Below, one piece after another: positions 12,801 to 27,800 of a stretch of DNA of 64,000 nt. Position 1 is the first letter of the stretch. Each line of letters begins with the position of its first letter. Below the pieces are notes generated by a model. That model was not told the DNA's origin. It did not search any database and was given only the letters and a program-made list of their open reading frames with translations. Location of the stretch: positions 17,484,001 through 17,548,000 of the forward strand of contig OZ281500.1 in the NCBI GenBank assembly GCA_965637545.1. Direction: 5' to 3'. The position numbers and the translations under genes were made by a program. This stretch comes from Phallusia mammillata. Taxonomy: Eukaryota.

Positions 12801-15800
12801 ACTATTTATTGCAACACGGGTTTCATATTATGGCTATACATGTGTTATGAAATCATATTCATTAAGAAACAGCTGTTACCTTGCTCGTGTGCTAATTAAC
12901 GCCAAAAACTGTTTTAGTTGTGAGCAAATTGACATTAAATAGTGGATAGTGGGTACTACAACGTTGTACTATTCAAATTAGGTCCACGTAGTTAGATGTA
13001 TGAGTTTACTCAACGTTGGTTGAAATTTTTGCATTTCAACAACAAAAGCACCTTGTACGTAAATTTGATGATGAAACAGCAAATAATTTAAACTTTCCAT
13101 AAACAGTGAAAATGTCATAAGCATCTGTCCAAACACAAGTGCATTATTTTCCTAATTGGTCGCTTGATTGTCGTGATAAACACAAACTAAATGGGAGCAT
13201 TTTAGAATCCGTCGATTGTCATCTACATTCATCCTAAATAAGTCACAATGGCCATTGTGTACTGCTAAGCATCGATAGTGTGTAGACGGCTGGAAAGCAA
13301 AATGCAAGGTGCGTAAGCATCAGGACTTCCGGCAATGATGAATTAACCTCATGACACGTCCGAAAAGCTTCATGAAACACCATATCACAGCGGTATACAG
13401 ACTTGTTGACAAGAAACAACAAAGCAAAAGAAACGCATAACATCACTGAAAAATTAAAACCTTTCTCAACCTGGGATATAAGTTACTTGCTGTACCCGCT
13501 GCAGATAAGTTACTTGCTGCTGTAAGTATTGAAGACAAAAACTGTTAATTGTGGGAAACGTCAACGTCCTTAAACTTGCAGCATGTACCTGAATACGTCG
13601 ACAATGTCGCTTTACAAAGGTGTTCTTTGTTAAACCGTTTAATACACACATAAGCCTTTCAAATACCAACGTAAAACGGAAACAGCAGTTTGAACGGTCA
13701 AAAACTGTTAACAGCACCTGATAATAAAGTTGATCATGTCCATTCCCGTGCGGCCAGAAGGCCAGATCCATCCGTTTCTAAACCTATTTTACACTGTACC
13801 ACACTATTCTGTATTGCTAACAAACTACACACAAAAACATGGCAACTGCAGCACGCTGTTCTGCGAAGGAAAGGAAAAAAAATCGAAGTTCCACTAATGA
13901 AAATCGACATCTAGGAACGAAAGCAAATACCCAAGACGAAAGCTTTATTGCCTGTTTGCTGTCAGCGCGGCAAAGCCGAAGTTTACTTACAAGGTGGTAA
14001 CCTGCCACAGTTAAACTCGTGCTTTATCGCGCCCTGAAGGTTAACAGCGTATGCCTAAACCAGGCAACCTGATATTAACCGCGTAGTTACCCACATACAA
14101 TAACCTGCAAGGTTACGTATTTGGCTACAACATAGGTTGTTTACACAAGGCCTTCAGCTGTAACTGTTTATAAGTCTGCGGAATATTGTTAATCTGGCAT
14201 ATACGCATTCCAAGGTCTAAAGCTGTTTTATGTTTCTATGCTAAAAATACGTTTCAAACCGAGATTATGACTACGGTACAGGCACCGGAGCCACTATGTG
14301 AAAATCTGTCATTTAGGTGATATTCCCAGCTTTGCACGCAGTAAATTGGTGCGGAAAAAACTTAAATAATTTATCACGGACGCACAAAAAGCGGTTTAGT
14401 TAACGCCGTACGCAGCAGCACTAGGTAGTCACAACAGTCGCAACTAAGAAAAGCGCCTGCGTGTATGACATAGAGCGGATACAACAACACTAACGAGTTA
14501 CGTCACCTCGAGCCAGCTGACTGGGCTCGGGATGTAGCGATGAGATTTAGTGGCACTAGTCTGCGATAGGGGTTTATGACTTAACCTCGCGGAAGACAAA
14601 CATACTAGATCGGCAAAGGAAGGGTTCGAGAGACAACAGTTTACATAAAATGTAATAAACTTTACTATGATGCTATCGAAATATTGGTAATTTTATTAGC
14701 AAAAAAGGAAAAAGGTGAAAAAAAACTAGTAAAAGAAAACGATGTACTTTTTTAGCAAGATATATGCCCAATGCTTATGTGTGCAAAAGAAACATCAACT
14801 CTGCCGATTAAAAAACTTAAAAACGACAAAGTTTGACAAGCTTAATATGAAGCAGTTAACCACAACAGAACACTACTTCTCACAACTGACACGACGTTTT
14901 TGTTCTGGGTGAGGAATCGATGGTTTTTCCCACAACATTGTCTTTTCGTTACACAATACAATCGCGTCGTGTGCTGCCGCTATGTCATCAATTCTCTTTG
15001 TAGAATGATAGTGGCGTGATATTACGCAATGGAAGAAATGAACACGCTAAAAACGCAGGGCTCGAAATGAAAACAAGCCGTTTGATGATACTACACTTTT
15101 CACCGGGGGATATTTTAATTAGTTTAAGATTAAAAAATTAAAAAATATTAATTACCTAAAATGGTTAAAAAATTTACCAAAAACAAAAATAGCAGATAGA
15201 AAAAGAAACCCGAAATTTCGTTAACGGTTAGATCAGTGGTTCTTAAACTAGTAAAGACGAAACCATCACGACCCAAATGGATGCTGTCCTAGTTAGTGGA
15301 CTGCATGAAAGATTTATGACGTAAGCGAACGTTGAAAGTTGGTCGCATCGACTTATTTATAGATCGGTTTAATTTCATTCAGCCTTGCAAGTCAGGGATA
15401 CGGTTACAAAGCGTTTACTAACACGGGTGGCCTATTAGCATAATTACCATTTGAAACAATTAAATACTGCAAGTGTGCAACCTTACAGCAAAACTGTTCT
15501 GCTTTTATGCAATTTTTTTATGTAACATGCGCTTGTTTAACATTATAGGCAAATCACGACGCAGTTTAAATATGCAGAAAAAGATCTATTGCCACGATTA
15601 CTAATCTGCAAGCCTGCACAACAGACCCAGTACCATTCAAAATCTGTAAAAGCTAAAAAAAACTTCCAGACACTTTTTTTTTATTGTATTTTTCGACAAT
15701 CAGGCGGCAGTCCGAGAACTGAAAATTGCCCTTTGTCGTTCACGGGATTCGAACCCACGATACTCCCGGGGACGAAACCCGATCAGGTTTTGTACATGGG

Positions 15801-18800
15801 TCAGGCGCGCCAGGCCATTCGGCCAAGTTCCAGACACTTTTTACAGATCAGAATTTTTTTGTGATTCATGATTTGCAACAATAGTTTGTTATGTTTCAAA
15901 TTGTTGAAATTGTAAAGGCATCAGCAGTTTGAGGCAGTCAACGAGTCTTTATTGGCTTACCGATTTACTTCCTTGGCAACGCAATGAAAAAAAGTCACGC
16001 TCATTATTAACTGGTCAGTTCTCCCGTGGTGAACCTAATCGTCGTCCACTAACGGACGATGGAACGTAAAACGTTTCCGTTAAGACACAAGGCGGGGAGT
16101 CGATAACCCATTCGACCAAATCAAATCATCAATCGATCCTTGCTCACGTGACCACAGTTAGCCAATCGCGCGGACCCATTTATTGGCGCCTTGACAACCT
16201 GTTACAATGAGCTAAAGCCAATAACAACGACTGTATTTTGGGAATACGTAATGCTTTTGTGAGTCAAAGTAACGTCTGTGGGCATTGAATAGTGCCGGGT
16301 CCCACAAATAAAACCCACGTGCCCGTCATGGCTATTGTTTACCGCGTGTCATCAGGCGAGGCTTCCTTTCAAGGCGCCAGAACTGGCCAGTTGCGAACTT
16401 TCCCAAACAACGGGAAAAGTCTTTGCAAACCCAATGCCAAAAGAACCAGTTAACGGACGCGTGCTCCATGTGAACAGTTATCGATTGTGTCTGATTGCAA
16501 AGCAAGGAAAGTCAATGTGTGCTTTGCAAGAACCGGCGCCGGTGTGTGCTTCGCAAATTGAATACACAAAAAGATTATCCTACCCTAATGCAATCGATTT
16601 GACTGTGCAATAAAAAAATAATAGCCAAATGATTAACTGCGACAAAAATAGCATATTTTTGCGCACAATAAAGAACCCAGAGGAAAAATGAATATCAACA
16701 ACTCGCAAGATGACAAATTTTGCATCATTAATGCGCAATAACTTAGGATCACTTGCAGCTGGTGATTAAACAGTAACTTTCCACTATACCTGAAACTGCT
16801 AACGCACGTATTATCACCATTGCCAACTTGCAAATGATGATGTAGGATTATGAAACACTCACTACGCGCAGTTGCCTTAATCACCAAGGCAATAACATTA
16901 AACCGTTGATTACAAAGATGGCTATTGAGGTGGTTTACCGAAAACCAACAAGCTAAGCAAAACACTCATCCAGTGACAACAACGCCTTAGTGAAGTGGTG
17001 CAATAAAAACGCTTCTCAGATCTGATTACGACACTGGAAATGCCTTGGAGGCTTGGTTGGGGAAACTGGTCTTACTTTTTGGATCTTTTGAATTTGTGCT
17101 CGGAAGTTCCAGCAGCAGTTTTCTTTGCCCGGTCGTAGTCCTTCTGTGGCGAGAGGATTTGAAGGATTTGATCCAACATTGTCATGTTCGTTTTTTTATG
17201 TTTACTTCACTTATACTTAAATTTGTACAGAAGTGCCTACGACTTTTTGCTGGATAGGAAAACGTAGTGAATGTAGAGCAGACAACATAATAAAATAAAC
17301 ATTTTAATGCAGCCCTAAAAAGAATACCCATTTACTGCAGTAAGAACCCAAATTAGAAAACAATCAGGTACTTTAGGCTGCTCCCATTTGAATACACAGA
17401 TCTCTGCTTCCCACACAAATAATTCTATAACAAGCTGCATATACAACAATAACATGTCATGTAACCTACCATAAAAATACACAACTTAACTCTGCAACTG
17501 TTCTAAGAAAGTAATTTCCAAAGAACGAAGCCAAGTGATTTCATTTGGACTACAGTCCTTGCTTTCAAAACAGGCACGCGTCTTTTCGCAGCCAACCAGC
17601 CATAGATAGTAAGCGTGAACGCAGTGGTAACCTAATGACCCAGTAGCTAGCGACGGTAGGCCAAGCCAAGCAAGGTCAGCTCTCTGATGAGGCCTAATTG
17701 AAACTACAAACAGCTGACTGCACTGAGCCTAATGAGCTGATGACATTTCAAAATCTCCAGTTTATACATCAGCTACTTATAGTGAGAAATATGAACTCGG
17801 TGTTGATGGCTATATGTAAGTCTGGCAAATCGCTTTAGCTCGTTTTAACATCACTGCGTCAAATTCTTGATTAGAAAAGCAAGCAATACAGACTCAACAA
17901 AACGCTAATGTTTTATTCATTACTGTAAAGCGTAAAGCTTTCCGTAGAAACAATGGCCTCGAACAAAGGGCCTGTTCTGGATTTATCTGTCATTAAGCAG
18001 AAACTTCTAGAAAACTGCTTACAACACTACACTGCGAATACCTACGAAAAAACCTGCAAGCTTACAAGTCTTATCTGCGCTTGAAAATACACAACCCAAC
18101 AGCAGTAAACTAGCAGTAAACCAACACGAGACGAGACGAGACCTTTAACACAAAAACGGTCTGTACAACAGCTAGTCGTGACTGCGGGACGGCATGACGC
18201 TCGTTGGGAAGCTGGTGCGTTGCCTTTTTTCTTCGATCCTGTCGCCTAACGTTCAAGAAGCGACTCGTCTGGCCCCCGAACCAACGTGCAAAACCTGACA
18301 CGCCTAATCCGGTTATTTTAGTACAACTGTCTTGGCGATATGTCGTGAAAAGTTGCAGTGTGAGTGTGACTTCAAAAGGCGTGTCTTTGAGGCGTGCCCC
18401 TGATATAACTTGTTGACACGTAAACCGGCAACAGACAGACGTTAAAGCCAAATTTGGATGTTCTGACACAACCGTTGTTTTGAAAAATGGTAGACTAACC
18501 TACGTAGATGGATATGTTCACCATTGATACACGCCTAAAAAAATGGTGCTGCGGTCTTTTTTAGTCAACTGGCCAAGATTAATACACTGCACAATTTTAC
18601 TGTAGCAATCTCAAAACGTTATGACGTCAAAAATCCGCGAAAATCGATGCCGTGACGTCAAAAGCGGCGCTGCTAATTCGATGCGCTCGCGTCTTGGGCT
18701 CCTTGGATCTTTTAGTCAATTTGCTAGCCCCTCGTCTTCAAATAGAAGGACGAACGTCGATGAAAACCACGTCGCCGGCGAAACACCGCGAGATTTAATT

Positions 18801-21800
18801 GTGTCGCAAGTCCTCGCGAGAAGACGTTCTAAATCCGGGGCCCCGGACACCAATGACATTAATCCAGTGCTGGCGGGCGGAAACCTGGAAACGTGCAGGG
18901 TGCGCCGTGAGTGCTCCAGTGCATGGGATATTTTAACAACGGCGTTAATACGGTCTAATGAAGCGTAAGACGTAGCCGAGCGTATTGTAGATATAACAGA
19001 GATGCGTGTTGTGAATTTTTTCGTGTGCGATGGTAACTATAATTGACGGCTGGTAATCACATAAACGGAGATAACAGGGTTCATATACTGATTGTACAGT
19101 GGCCATAGTTCATTGAAATGTCTATTTTGACCCATTGATGATTAGAGGCTATTTTGCTCCCAGTAATGAAACTCCTTAAAAACATAAGTTTTCCCAAAAC
19201 ATGGACGCCATACGTTGCTGTTAGTGCAATAAAATAATATTTGTTGGGCATTCATGCCCTGGCGGACAAACTGTGCCCCTGTCAGGAAAGTTAATTCACT
19301 TTTCAACATCAACCAACAATGCAAACAAGCGCTCGAGTTTAGCACGTAATGCGGCCGGTGCAGTGCAAACAAATGGCACAGCGACAAGTGTAGGGGAAAC
19401 TAACAACGAAACCCTCGAACGCGAAGTGCTGATTCACCACTTTTAGCTCTATCTCTAAAGAAGGTACAGCACTGGGGAAATACACAGACGCAGTCAGGAA
19501 GGCGTTAAAAATACTGGTTACGCTGCACAAGCGGAAATTGCATTTCGTCTCGTGTGCAGAATAGCATGGTGCAATGGCTCATGACAACGTGGTGAAGTTT
19601 TAGCGCAAGTGTCACATCTGTTATATGCAATACTTCACGGATAACACTACATAAAACACGCTTTTGTTACCCATAAAAAAAACACTTTCTGTAAACCTAG
19701 TTGTACAGTGTAAAAACTTTACACAAGACACATTGCTTTAATGGTTGGTTGGAAATTTCAATAGAATACATATATATTGCTAATTTCAAATAATCGTTTT
19801 TACGTTTAGGTTAAAACCAGATTACGTTTATAAAGTTAATTTGCTTGTTGCACCCCAGGTGGTTAATTTATGACTTAGTGACGTCATAATATGTCGCCGT
19901 GGGGGGTTCTTCAGTTTGTGCAACTAAATTAACTTCATTAACAAGAGCAAAACGCTTTTTGATGTGTATCTATACTCTATAGATCTCAACACAAATGTGG
20001 TATTACGTTTACCTTGAACAACTCTGAGACACGCCAGGAATTTCTGACTACTTATTTAGTTACATGTTATGAGTTGATTTCGAAACTGTCACGGTTCAAA
20101 ACGAACGCTGACGTTGAAAGTTTTCTTACCGCGAAACAAGATGCCAACCACAGCCGGCGGAATGCGAACTAAAAGCATGTAAACATTTTAAAGTCGCAGT
20201 GTTGAATCAGTAGGAAATTGTACCCGGATAAATGTTAATTTCGTGAAAATTTCCTCTTTATTTCAATACAGCATTATGGAAACTCCAAATAAATAATTCT
20301 TAATTCTGTCAAAATATTTTTTTTGTTTTCCTGGTGTCAGTGATCGTGTTTGGGAAGGAACTATTAGCTTTTTTCTAATTGTAATCCCTTTTATTGCTTT
20401 TATAGACACAGAAGATGTTTTTTTAGCGAAATATATCCGTTTTTTTTATAAGATTGTCAACTGATTTTACCCTGGAAATAAAGATTTCCCAAACTTGTGA
20501 TATTCCTAGTATCACTAGTAAATATTTTTCGGAAACCGACAATGCCAATATTAGTCCCAATATAGCATCCCAAAACCTCGGTCAACTAAGAACAAGTGCT
20601 GAGAATATGTAATTTTCGGGAACCAGATATTTATAGAGTTTCCAGGCACGCGATCTGACATACAAACACGGCGACTGTACATCCCAGCTGAGCAAAAACG
20701 AATTTTCAAGAAAATTGGGGCTCACTTTAAGTACAGACTATACCTGCCCGACTTAAGTTAAGATTTGAGGCACGGGTTATAGGAAATTGGCACCGTGCGT
20801 ATGAAATAAGCACACGAATGGAACCAGCAATTTTTGAAAGTCTAATCCTAGTCTGAGCCAGCCACGCATATTATCCCTGGTTTGAAAGGTGATTGCATGA
20901 TGGTTGACCCTGAGTTAGGTGTAGGAGATAAACAAAACTTTTAGTTCAGTGAAGAATAGCCTGGTTAAAATTATCCAACTCTTGCAGAAAAAAATGTACA
21001 GCGTATAGAAATGTAGATTTTTTGTATCAGTTTCCACATTTTTATCAAAGCTTGTACAAAACTTCGTTAAAATATTACATAAATGCTTTGGACAACATTT
21101 ACCACTACCAGTTATAAAAATTTAATGAATAGCAGCGGCTTGTATATGTGTTTGGCCTTCTTTGTTTAAAACACCGCATGGCAGTTTAAGTAATCCGACA
21201 CGTGAACCTTTGCAGTTAACCAGATTGCCATTTTCCGAAATCTAGCAAAACAGAATCTCACAAAACACAACGTCATTACCGTTCAATACTGACGTGATCT
21301 ACTGTCCTGTGTATACCGACAATGGCGTCTTTCAACCAAATTATTCGACCCTCAACCAATCAAAAGCAAATACAAAATTTACACCTTTTATAAACAGGTT
21401 TGCAAACCGGAAAAATTTGTTTTTGCAAACTTTTGTATAGGAGGGTGTTCTTAAACTCGATGATACAGGAACGTGCGTACTTACTTTACACATTTATAGA
21501 CTGCTGTTAAATCAAAGATACAAAATGGCATCTTAAAATACCAAAACAATATCTTGAACGTTTGTGAGGTTCTCAAAATGTAACGACTTGGTGTTTACCA
21601 TTTTCGCCTAAGAGTGTAAAAACTTGCTTTAACTCTGTAGTCCAGCAATTACAATTTTACACAGAACATTTGGCTGCTGCAAACCCAACTCAGCATAACT
21701 GCAGCTAAAAATAGAGCAAAGCACTATATTCTAGTTTTAAACTATTTCCCTTTAAAACAAAGGAAACAGGATTTAAACTCCAAGGTACAAGCCATTCAAC

Positions 21801-24800
21801 AGTTACACAATACATTTGACTGCTTTAAACTGATCAATGCAAGTCTGCTGCTATGTGCTGGAGCGTCCGTGACTGCAAATTTGACATTCATTACAGCGTT
21901 ACAATCATCACCAAAAGAAGCGTAGCACTTCCGTGAATTGTGCGTTACCAATGCCGAGTCCACGGTTGCAAATGCTGCACAATTACTGCCATTTAAATCC
22001 CACCATTGAATGCAAAGAGCGACACGACCAAACTAACTGTCTGGTGCTATTCCCTGCGTGTCCATATTAATCGCAATGTAAAATTTGAAAGCTTGCTAGT
22101 GCTCATATCTTCTGCTTTGCTAGCTTTGCACATGCAAAAGTCATGTACTAACCTTTTTGGATTAGATATATTATTTCACTGCTACAGAACGATTTTTTGT
22201 GTTAGACGTTTTGTGTTAGACGTAATTAGACGTAAACAACTTTTCTGATGTTTGATTTTCAGTGGCTATTTTTGAACAACCTTGGTTGACGGCACTGACT
22301 ACGAAAAACAACTTTAAGCTTGAAATGCTGAACATGTAACGCTTGCCAAAAAAACTGTCATTAGTCTAATCTGGCTCTCGTGTTCGTGTCGTTTAGAAAT
22401 TCTAAAATGTTTGTAACCTGACTATTTGTTTACAGTATAACTGCGAGAAAGGTCGCAGTTTGTTTATGTCACAGCAGAATAGGGCAGGTAAAATGCGTTT
22501 ATTGATGAAAGTGTAATATCCATGCAAACCACTAAAATCTAACTTTGCCTACAACCCTGGTACTTTTATGTTTCCTAAATAATTAGAAAACCTAGAAAAA
22601 ATGCTTATCTTGCGAATATCTATAGCAAAAAATGGTAGTTCATTTGGTCATAATTTTCCTAATCTACCTTGCAATTGAAACCAACAGTTGACTAGGCAGT
22701 AAACCTGCTGACCCATTACTTCTTGAAGTTACTGAGAAAATTCGTACTAAGAACTGACCGAGGCGTGTACGAATGTAAGCACACGTAGCGCTGACAAATA
22801 ACTCATGCTGACCAATGTCATCAAAACAGCGGGAGCATAACCAAACAACAGCCCAACAGGGGCCTTAAATCATAGAAAAGCTAATCTAGACGCCAGACAG
22901 CAAAGAGACTGTCATGTGGAGCATAGCAACCGACGGAATACCCACCACACTATACAGGTTAATGATCAACGATGGCACAAGATGAAACTACAGTTGTATG
23001 CGGGGGCATTGGGTAAACAACGAAAATACACGACGTAATATCGTATCGGAGCTCTTAGCGTTGGCAAACGACACGGGGTTGCCACGCTGCCTGAGTGTAA
23101 GTGTGCAAAACAATCATCAGGGACGCTCACAACACCAGTTTGACCTTAGTTTCGATGTTTGCAGACCGTTTAACGGCTACGTAATGCCTGTTGTACCTTC
23201 CGCCACCGACACTGAGCCGCGCCCTCTTCAACTGACATGTGAGCAAGTTAATGGGTACGATTCGACCTGTATAACAAATTAATGTACGTTTGAAATATGG
23301 TGTCACATAGTTTGAAACTTTGACATACAAGGTCAGTTAATTCATTTAAGACCGTGCTCAAACCGTGCACCACAATCAAGGCGAATCATGCTGTAGTCTA
23401 GTAGGCCAATTAGTCATGTCCAATGTGATACATGTTGCGCAACATTGGGCGATAGTTGGCAAATGTTATACGCTTCAGATGAATTTTAACTCAAACTCAA
23501 TATATTTGCTCAATTTGTTTAAATCCACCTAAGGTTTATCACCAACACCCGAACATGTCTATCCTATAGGTTTTGGATCGAAAATAAAGCAATACTGTCT
23601 GCCTTTGCTTTATAATTTGTTGGTTACGATTATACCATCTGTTCTACGTTGATTCAACACTGATTTAGAAAAACGAATTTCCAGATGATTTTTACTGTTT
23701 GTTTTTATAAATTGCTCGGGACAAGTGTTTATTACTGCAAGTGGGCTCAAATAACCGAAATTTACTTCAGTGGAATAATTCTAACCTTTGTTAAACGGGT
23801 GTTGTAAGTTTCTACACAGTATTGAACCAAAAACAGCCGAATGTCAAACAGTAAAACTCCCCGCCTCCACACATAAACACGTGAAGCAAACAACAAACTG
23901 TCATTAAAAGGGAAAATTTTAGTTAAAACTAACTTTTTTATTAGGTTCGCTGCCTAAAAAAGTTTATGATAGAAAGAATTTTACAACGGAAAGTTCAAAT
24001 CTTTTAAATTAAAAATGTTTTCTATGCTGCCTCCATGCTAATATTCAAAGGATAAAGAACGTGCAAGGAAAAGCATCACGTTTGGTTGACAGAAAATATA
24101 AAATCAGTTCGTTCCCATAAAAAGCTCGTACATTGCAATGACGTAACTGTTTAATTGTGATGACTATGGAAACGAATAAATTTTTGACACCACCTGTTCT
24201 GTAAAAAAAAATTTCAACATTTGTTCCCCAATAAATCACAGGCGCTATGACGTCACTGGTTTGTCTAAATTTGACTGAAAGTTGAAAAGGTTTGAATGTC
24301 AACCCCGTTCAACCTGTGACGAGGCGTTTCGAAACATCGACCTTCATTGCAAAACGCTGTTTAATTATTGATCAGTGCCTTATCGTTATGACGTCATCGT
24401 TCGACCACGGGGAGAGTTCAGATATTTACAAAAAAAATTCAAAGTTCACATAAAACTAACGTAAATAGCGAATGACATTGGGGACATAATCTGACTTTAA
24501 CCGAACCAAAAGACAAAAATACAGGTAGTCCAATGCCATTAGTTTTTTTCGCCACAGCTCCACTATCAAAAGAAAACCAAAATACGTTAAGGCATTAATT
24601 AAAAGCAATCACTAGCTGCGCTCATTCGAAACAATAAATCTACGCACAGAAAATTGATTTATCTAATTGACAACACAAATTGTACAAAGCAACTCATAAT
24701 GAAACCTTCAACTATGTCCACACATGCTCTAACAGCAACCAGAGCAGTAACAGCAACTGGACACAGAGAGTCAAAAACACTCAAGGATTAATGCCGGATT

Positions 24801-27800
24801 ACACGACTAACAGTACAGGTTGCACTGCCGTCCTAAACCGCGATTTGCGACAGGTCCTCGCCAGAATCCAATACAACAGCCCAGAGCTCTAAGCTTGGCC
24901 GTTGGCGAGGATGCGCTCGGTTGCAAGTCAATGCTTGTCTGTTGCTAGTTGTGTTTGTTGTTGCCTTGTGACCCGCCCCACCAAACCAGTGTGGACAATG
25001 GACGGTGATTTTAGACACAGGAAAGGGAACGACGTCCCTGGGTCGTCTTTGATCATTAATATTCACTGAATGCGTTTGTGGTGCTACTGAAATAACTTTT
25101 GTTTATCCACTATAAGGAAGACACACCCCCAACAAACGAAAGCAATAGCTCGAGTTCTTAAACTATTTTAAGGTGTTTCTGACCCCTTTTAAGTGATTCA
25201 ACAGGTAAACCCTTTAAAAAAGGGTGTGGAACTTCGGTTCGAAATAGTGTACAATATCTCATATGAATTGGTTGGTAAAAGTATTTTACCCAACAAAATA
25301 CATCAACCCGTTGACAACCAATTATCGCCAAATCAGGGTATTAGACATCGACAAGAATAAGAATGATTTACAACCGTCAACACGTTAGGGACAAGTATGG
25401 TAAAAACATCTTTGATATGACGCAATGACAAGCGACAACGGACTTTCCTTGACGCAGTTAACGAAGCGTGTGTGAATTTTTAACGTTTGTCAAACAAGTG
25501 TCATCTGTCGTCTGACTCAAAGTTAATGTTGTGTTTCTCAATACCTTTGCACAGAAAGCGAAGTCGTGTTACGTTGGCTATGGAAACTAGAAGACTGTGT
25601 AATATGAAGCCGATTGGTGATGGCCAATTTCCTTCGCGTATTGTTGGGTTAACCGATGCGTTTTTCCGTGCTGAGTTTCGTCTACAGGTTAGGAGGAAGA
25701 AACATGATTCGTTAAGCCAAACAACTGAGCGACTAACCACAATGAGTTGGCGCTTTGAGAGTTTGGGTTTTTTTAACTATGGGAAGTGAAACAAATTGAG
25801 CGCAATGGTAAATACACCAACGGGTGATACTGTCTACAGTACAATAGCACGGTATAACAGTTGGTTTCGAAGTTGGTGATTTCTTGCGCCGTAGGAGATG
25901 AAAAACTGTCAAGGTAAAAATCAGGGGCTTAAACGGTAGAATAATTGAGAAGTATTTTCTGACATTGCAATGTTGCCCAGGGGGTTTTAATTCGATAGAA
26001 ATGTTTTGAATCTAACTAGTAAGCAAGAATAAATAGAAGCATGTTTCTGACGGAACCCCTCAGTAACACTACAAAAAAGTGTAAAAAACGTGTTCTCAAA
26101 TGGTAACAAATGTATGGTAAAGTCCACCGAAAAAAGCAGAGCTACATTATTGCTCTTTGAACAACAAAAATATAACAGTTTTTGACAGCACCATGGTAAA
26201 ACAAAAGTTGGTGCTCACACATCAGCGAAACTCACATCAAAGGGTTTGTCTGCAGTGATCAAGCGTGCACCGTATAAGAGCATCTGTCCCACCCAGTCTC
26301 ACACCCCGAGGGCTTGCCTCTAATCTCACGAACCGCAAACGCAATAGGAACAGACACGAAACGAAAACCTTCCAGCTACCATCTGTCTCTCAGAGCACAA
26401 TCTGAAACGCACGGTTCGTCAAATGAAGCCGCAAGCCACATGACTGTTGTTGGTACGACCAGCAATCTCCACTATGTCCTTCATTTTACCGACCATAAAT
26501 ACACATGTTGGAAAGGAAAAGTGGATACTTTTGAGTGTTTGGTGTCAATTAATAAAAAGAATACATCCCAAACTCTGTTGGTGTTAGTTTGTAGCCACAC
26601 AAGATTGTTATCGCTGTTTTTGTGTGTGTTTTGTCGCTTTTGTCTATATTTGTGTTTCAACATATGCTATTATCCCGCCTCTCGTATGGGACGTCGAAAC
26701 GTATATTATATATGTACAATTAAAGCTGCAGTAAGATCAATGCTCGTTTGTACATTATGCCTGATAGCAACAGCTTATTTATACATCCAAAATTCAATTC
26801 ACATATAAACAATACAAATGTCATTATAAAGCAAATAAACATCGTATCGAATTTTCTTTAGTGCAGTGGTTTTCAACCGGGGGTCCGCAAAGCGTTTTCA
26901 GGGGTCCGCGACAACTTCCTAATTTTGCAGACAACGATATTGATAAAGCGCTGTTTAAAAATATATCTCAGCGTTTCAAAAAAGCATGAAACTTGTTTAA
27001 AATCGTACTTCATAGGTGACGAACCAAAATGCATTGTGACATTTTAACCCCACTGTGATGCAACAGAGGTGAATTTTCAGTGGCAAACAACGTCACATCA
27101 CAATATAATGGCTCTTTATTATTGAGTTCCGATGTCGCAGCCCAGTCAAAGTGATTGAAATTTTGGTCCTGGACTAAAAGTGGTTGGTATATTCTGCCCC
27201 TTTTTTTAGGTTGCTTGTTATTAAAAAAGGACCAAAATCTCAAAACCTTCAAAAGGGTTCGCGATAAGCTGGACAGTACCAAAAGGGGTTCGCAAAGGCA
27301 AAAAGGTTGAGAACCACTGCTTTAGAGAATAGGTTGTGTAACAGTACTACAATAGGGAAAACTTACACAAAACGATTTTTCAAATCAGACACCACTGCAA
27401 TGTTAAAAAAACTTGCAGCCGCTGCATTTGTATCAAGGGTTTCGAGGGTCGGTAAGAGGGATTGATGTGAAGAGAAGCACGTCACAGGGACAGGAAGATA
27501 CACAAGGCGGTTTTCATTGACGTACTTTGCAATGACTGTACCGAAGCTAGTGCTTAAGTAAGAACAAACATATGTGCAAGTTATTGTATATAGCGTGGGT
27601 CAAACCAATATATGTTTCCAAGTTTTGTAAAAGTTCTCGCCAAAACGTAAACCACCAAATCAAAAAACAAGGGCTCACAAATGTAAACCATTAAATCATT
27701 GCAGCAAAAAGCCGAAACATAGCACACCTGCCGATGTAACGTATGTAATGAACGCTTGTACCATGTAGACACAATAGTTTTTTGTTTGTTTCACCTTACA

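Noticed and set aside
13709-13743. Further MOB2 first exon MDMINFIIR
   Set aside because: The phase is compatible, but the donor CAG|GTGCTG is weak and the frame is only 9 codons, so it cannot be distinguished from chance.
18737-18747. Third spliced-leader fragment (TTCTATTTGAA on the minus strand)
   Set aside because: Only 11 AT-rich bases match, which is expected by chance in a window this size.
18621-18968. 115-aa plus-strand ORF in a CpG island
   Set aside because: No domain similarity or splice structure, and a GC-rich regulatory region with two CREs explains the lack of stops.
20250-20900. Possible LINE or viral coding remnant
   Set aside because: Minus-strand frames give short hydrophobic stretches but no RT, endonuclease or other motif I can name.
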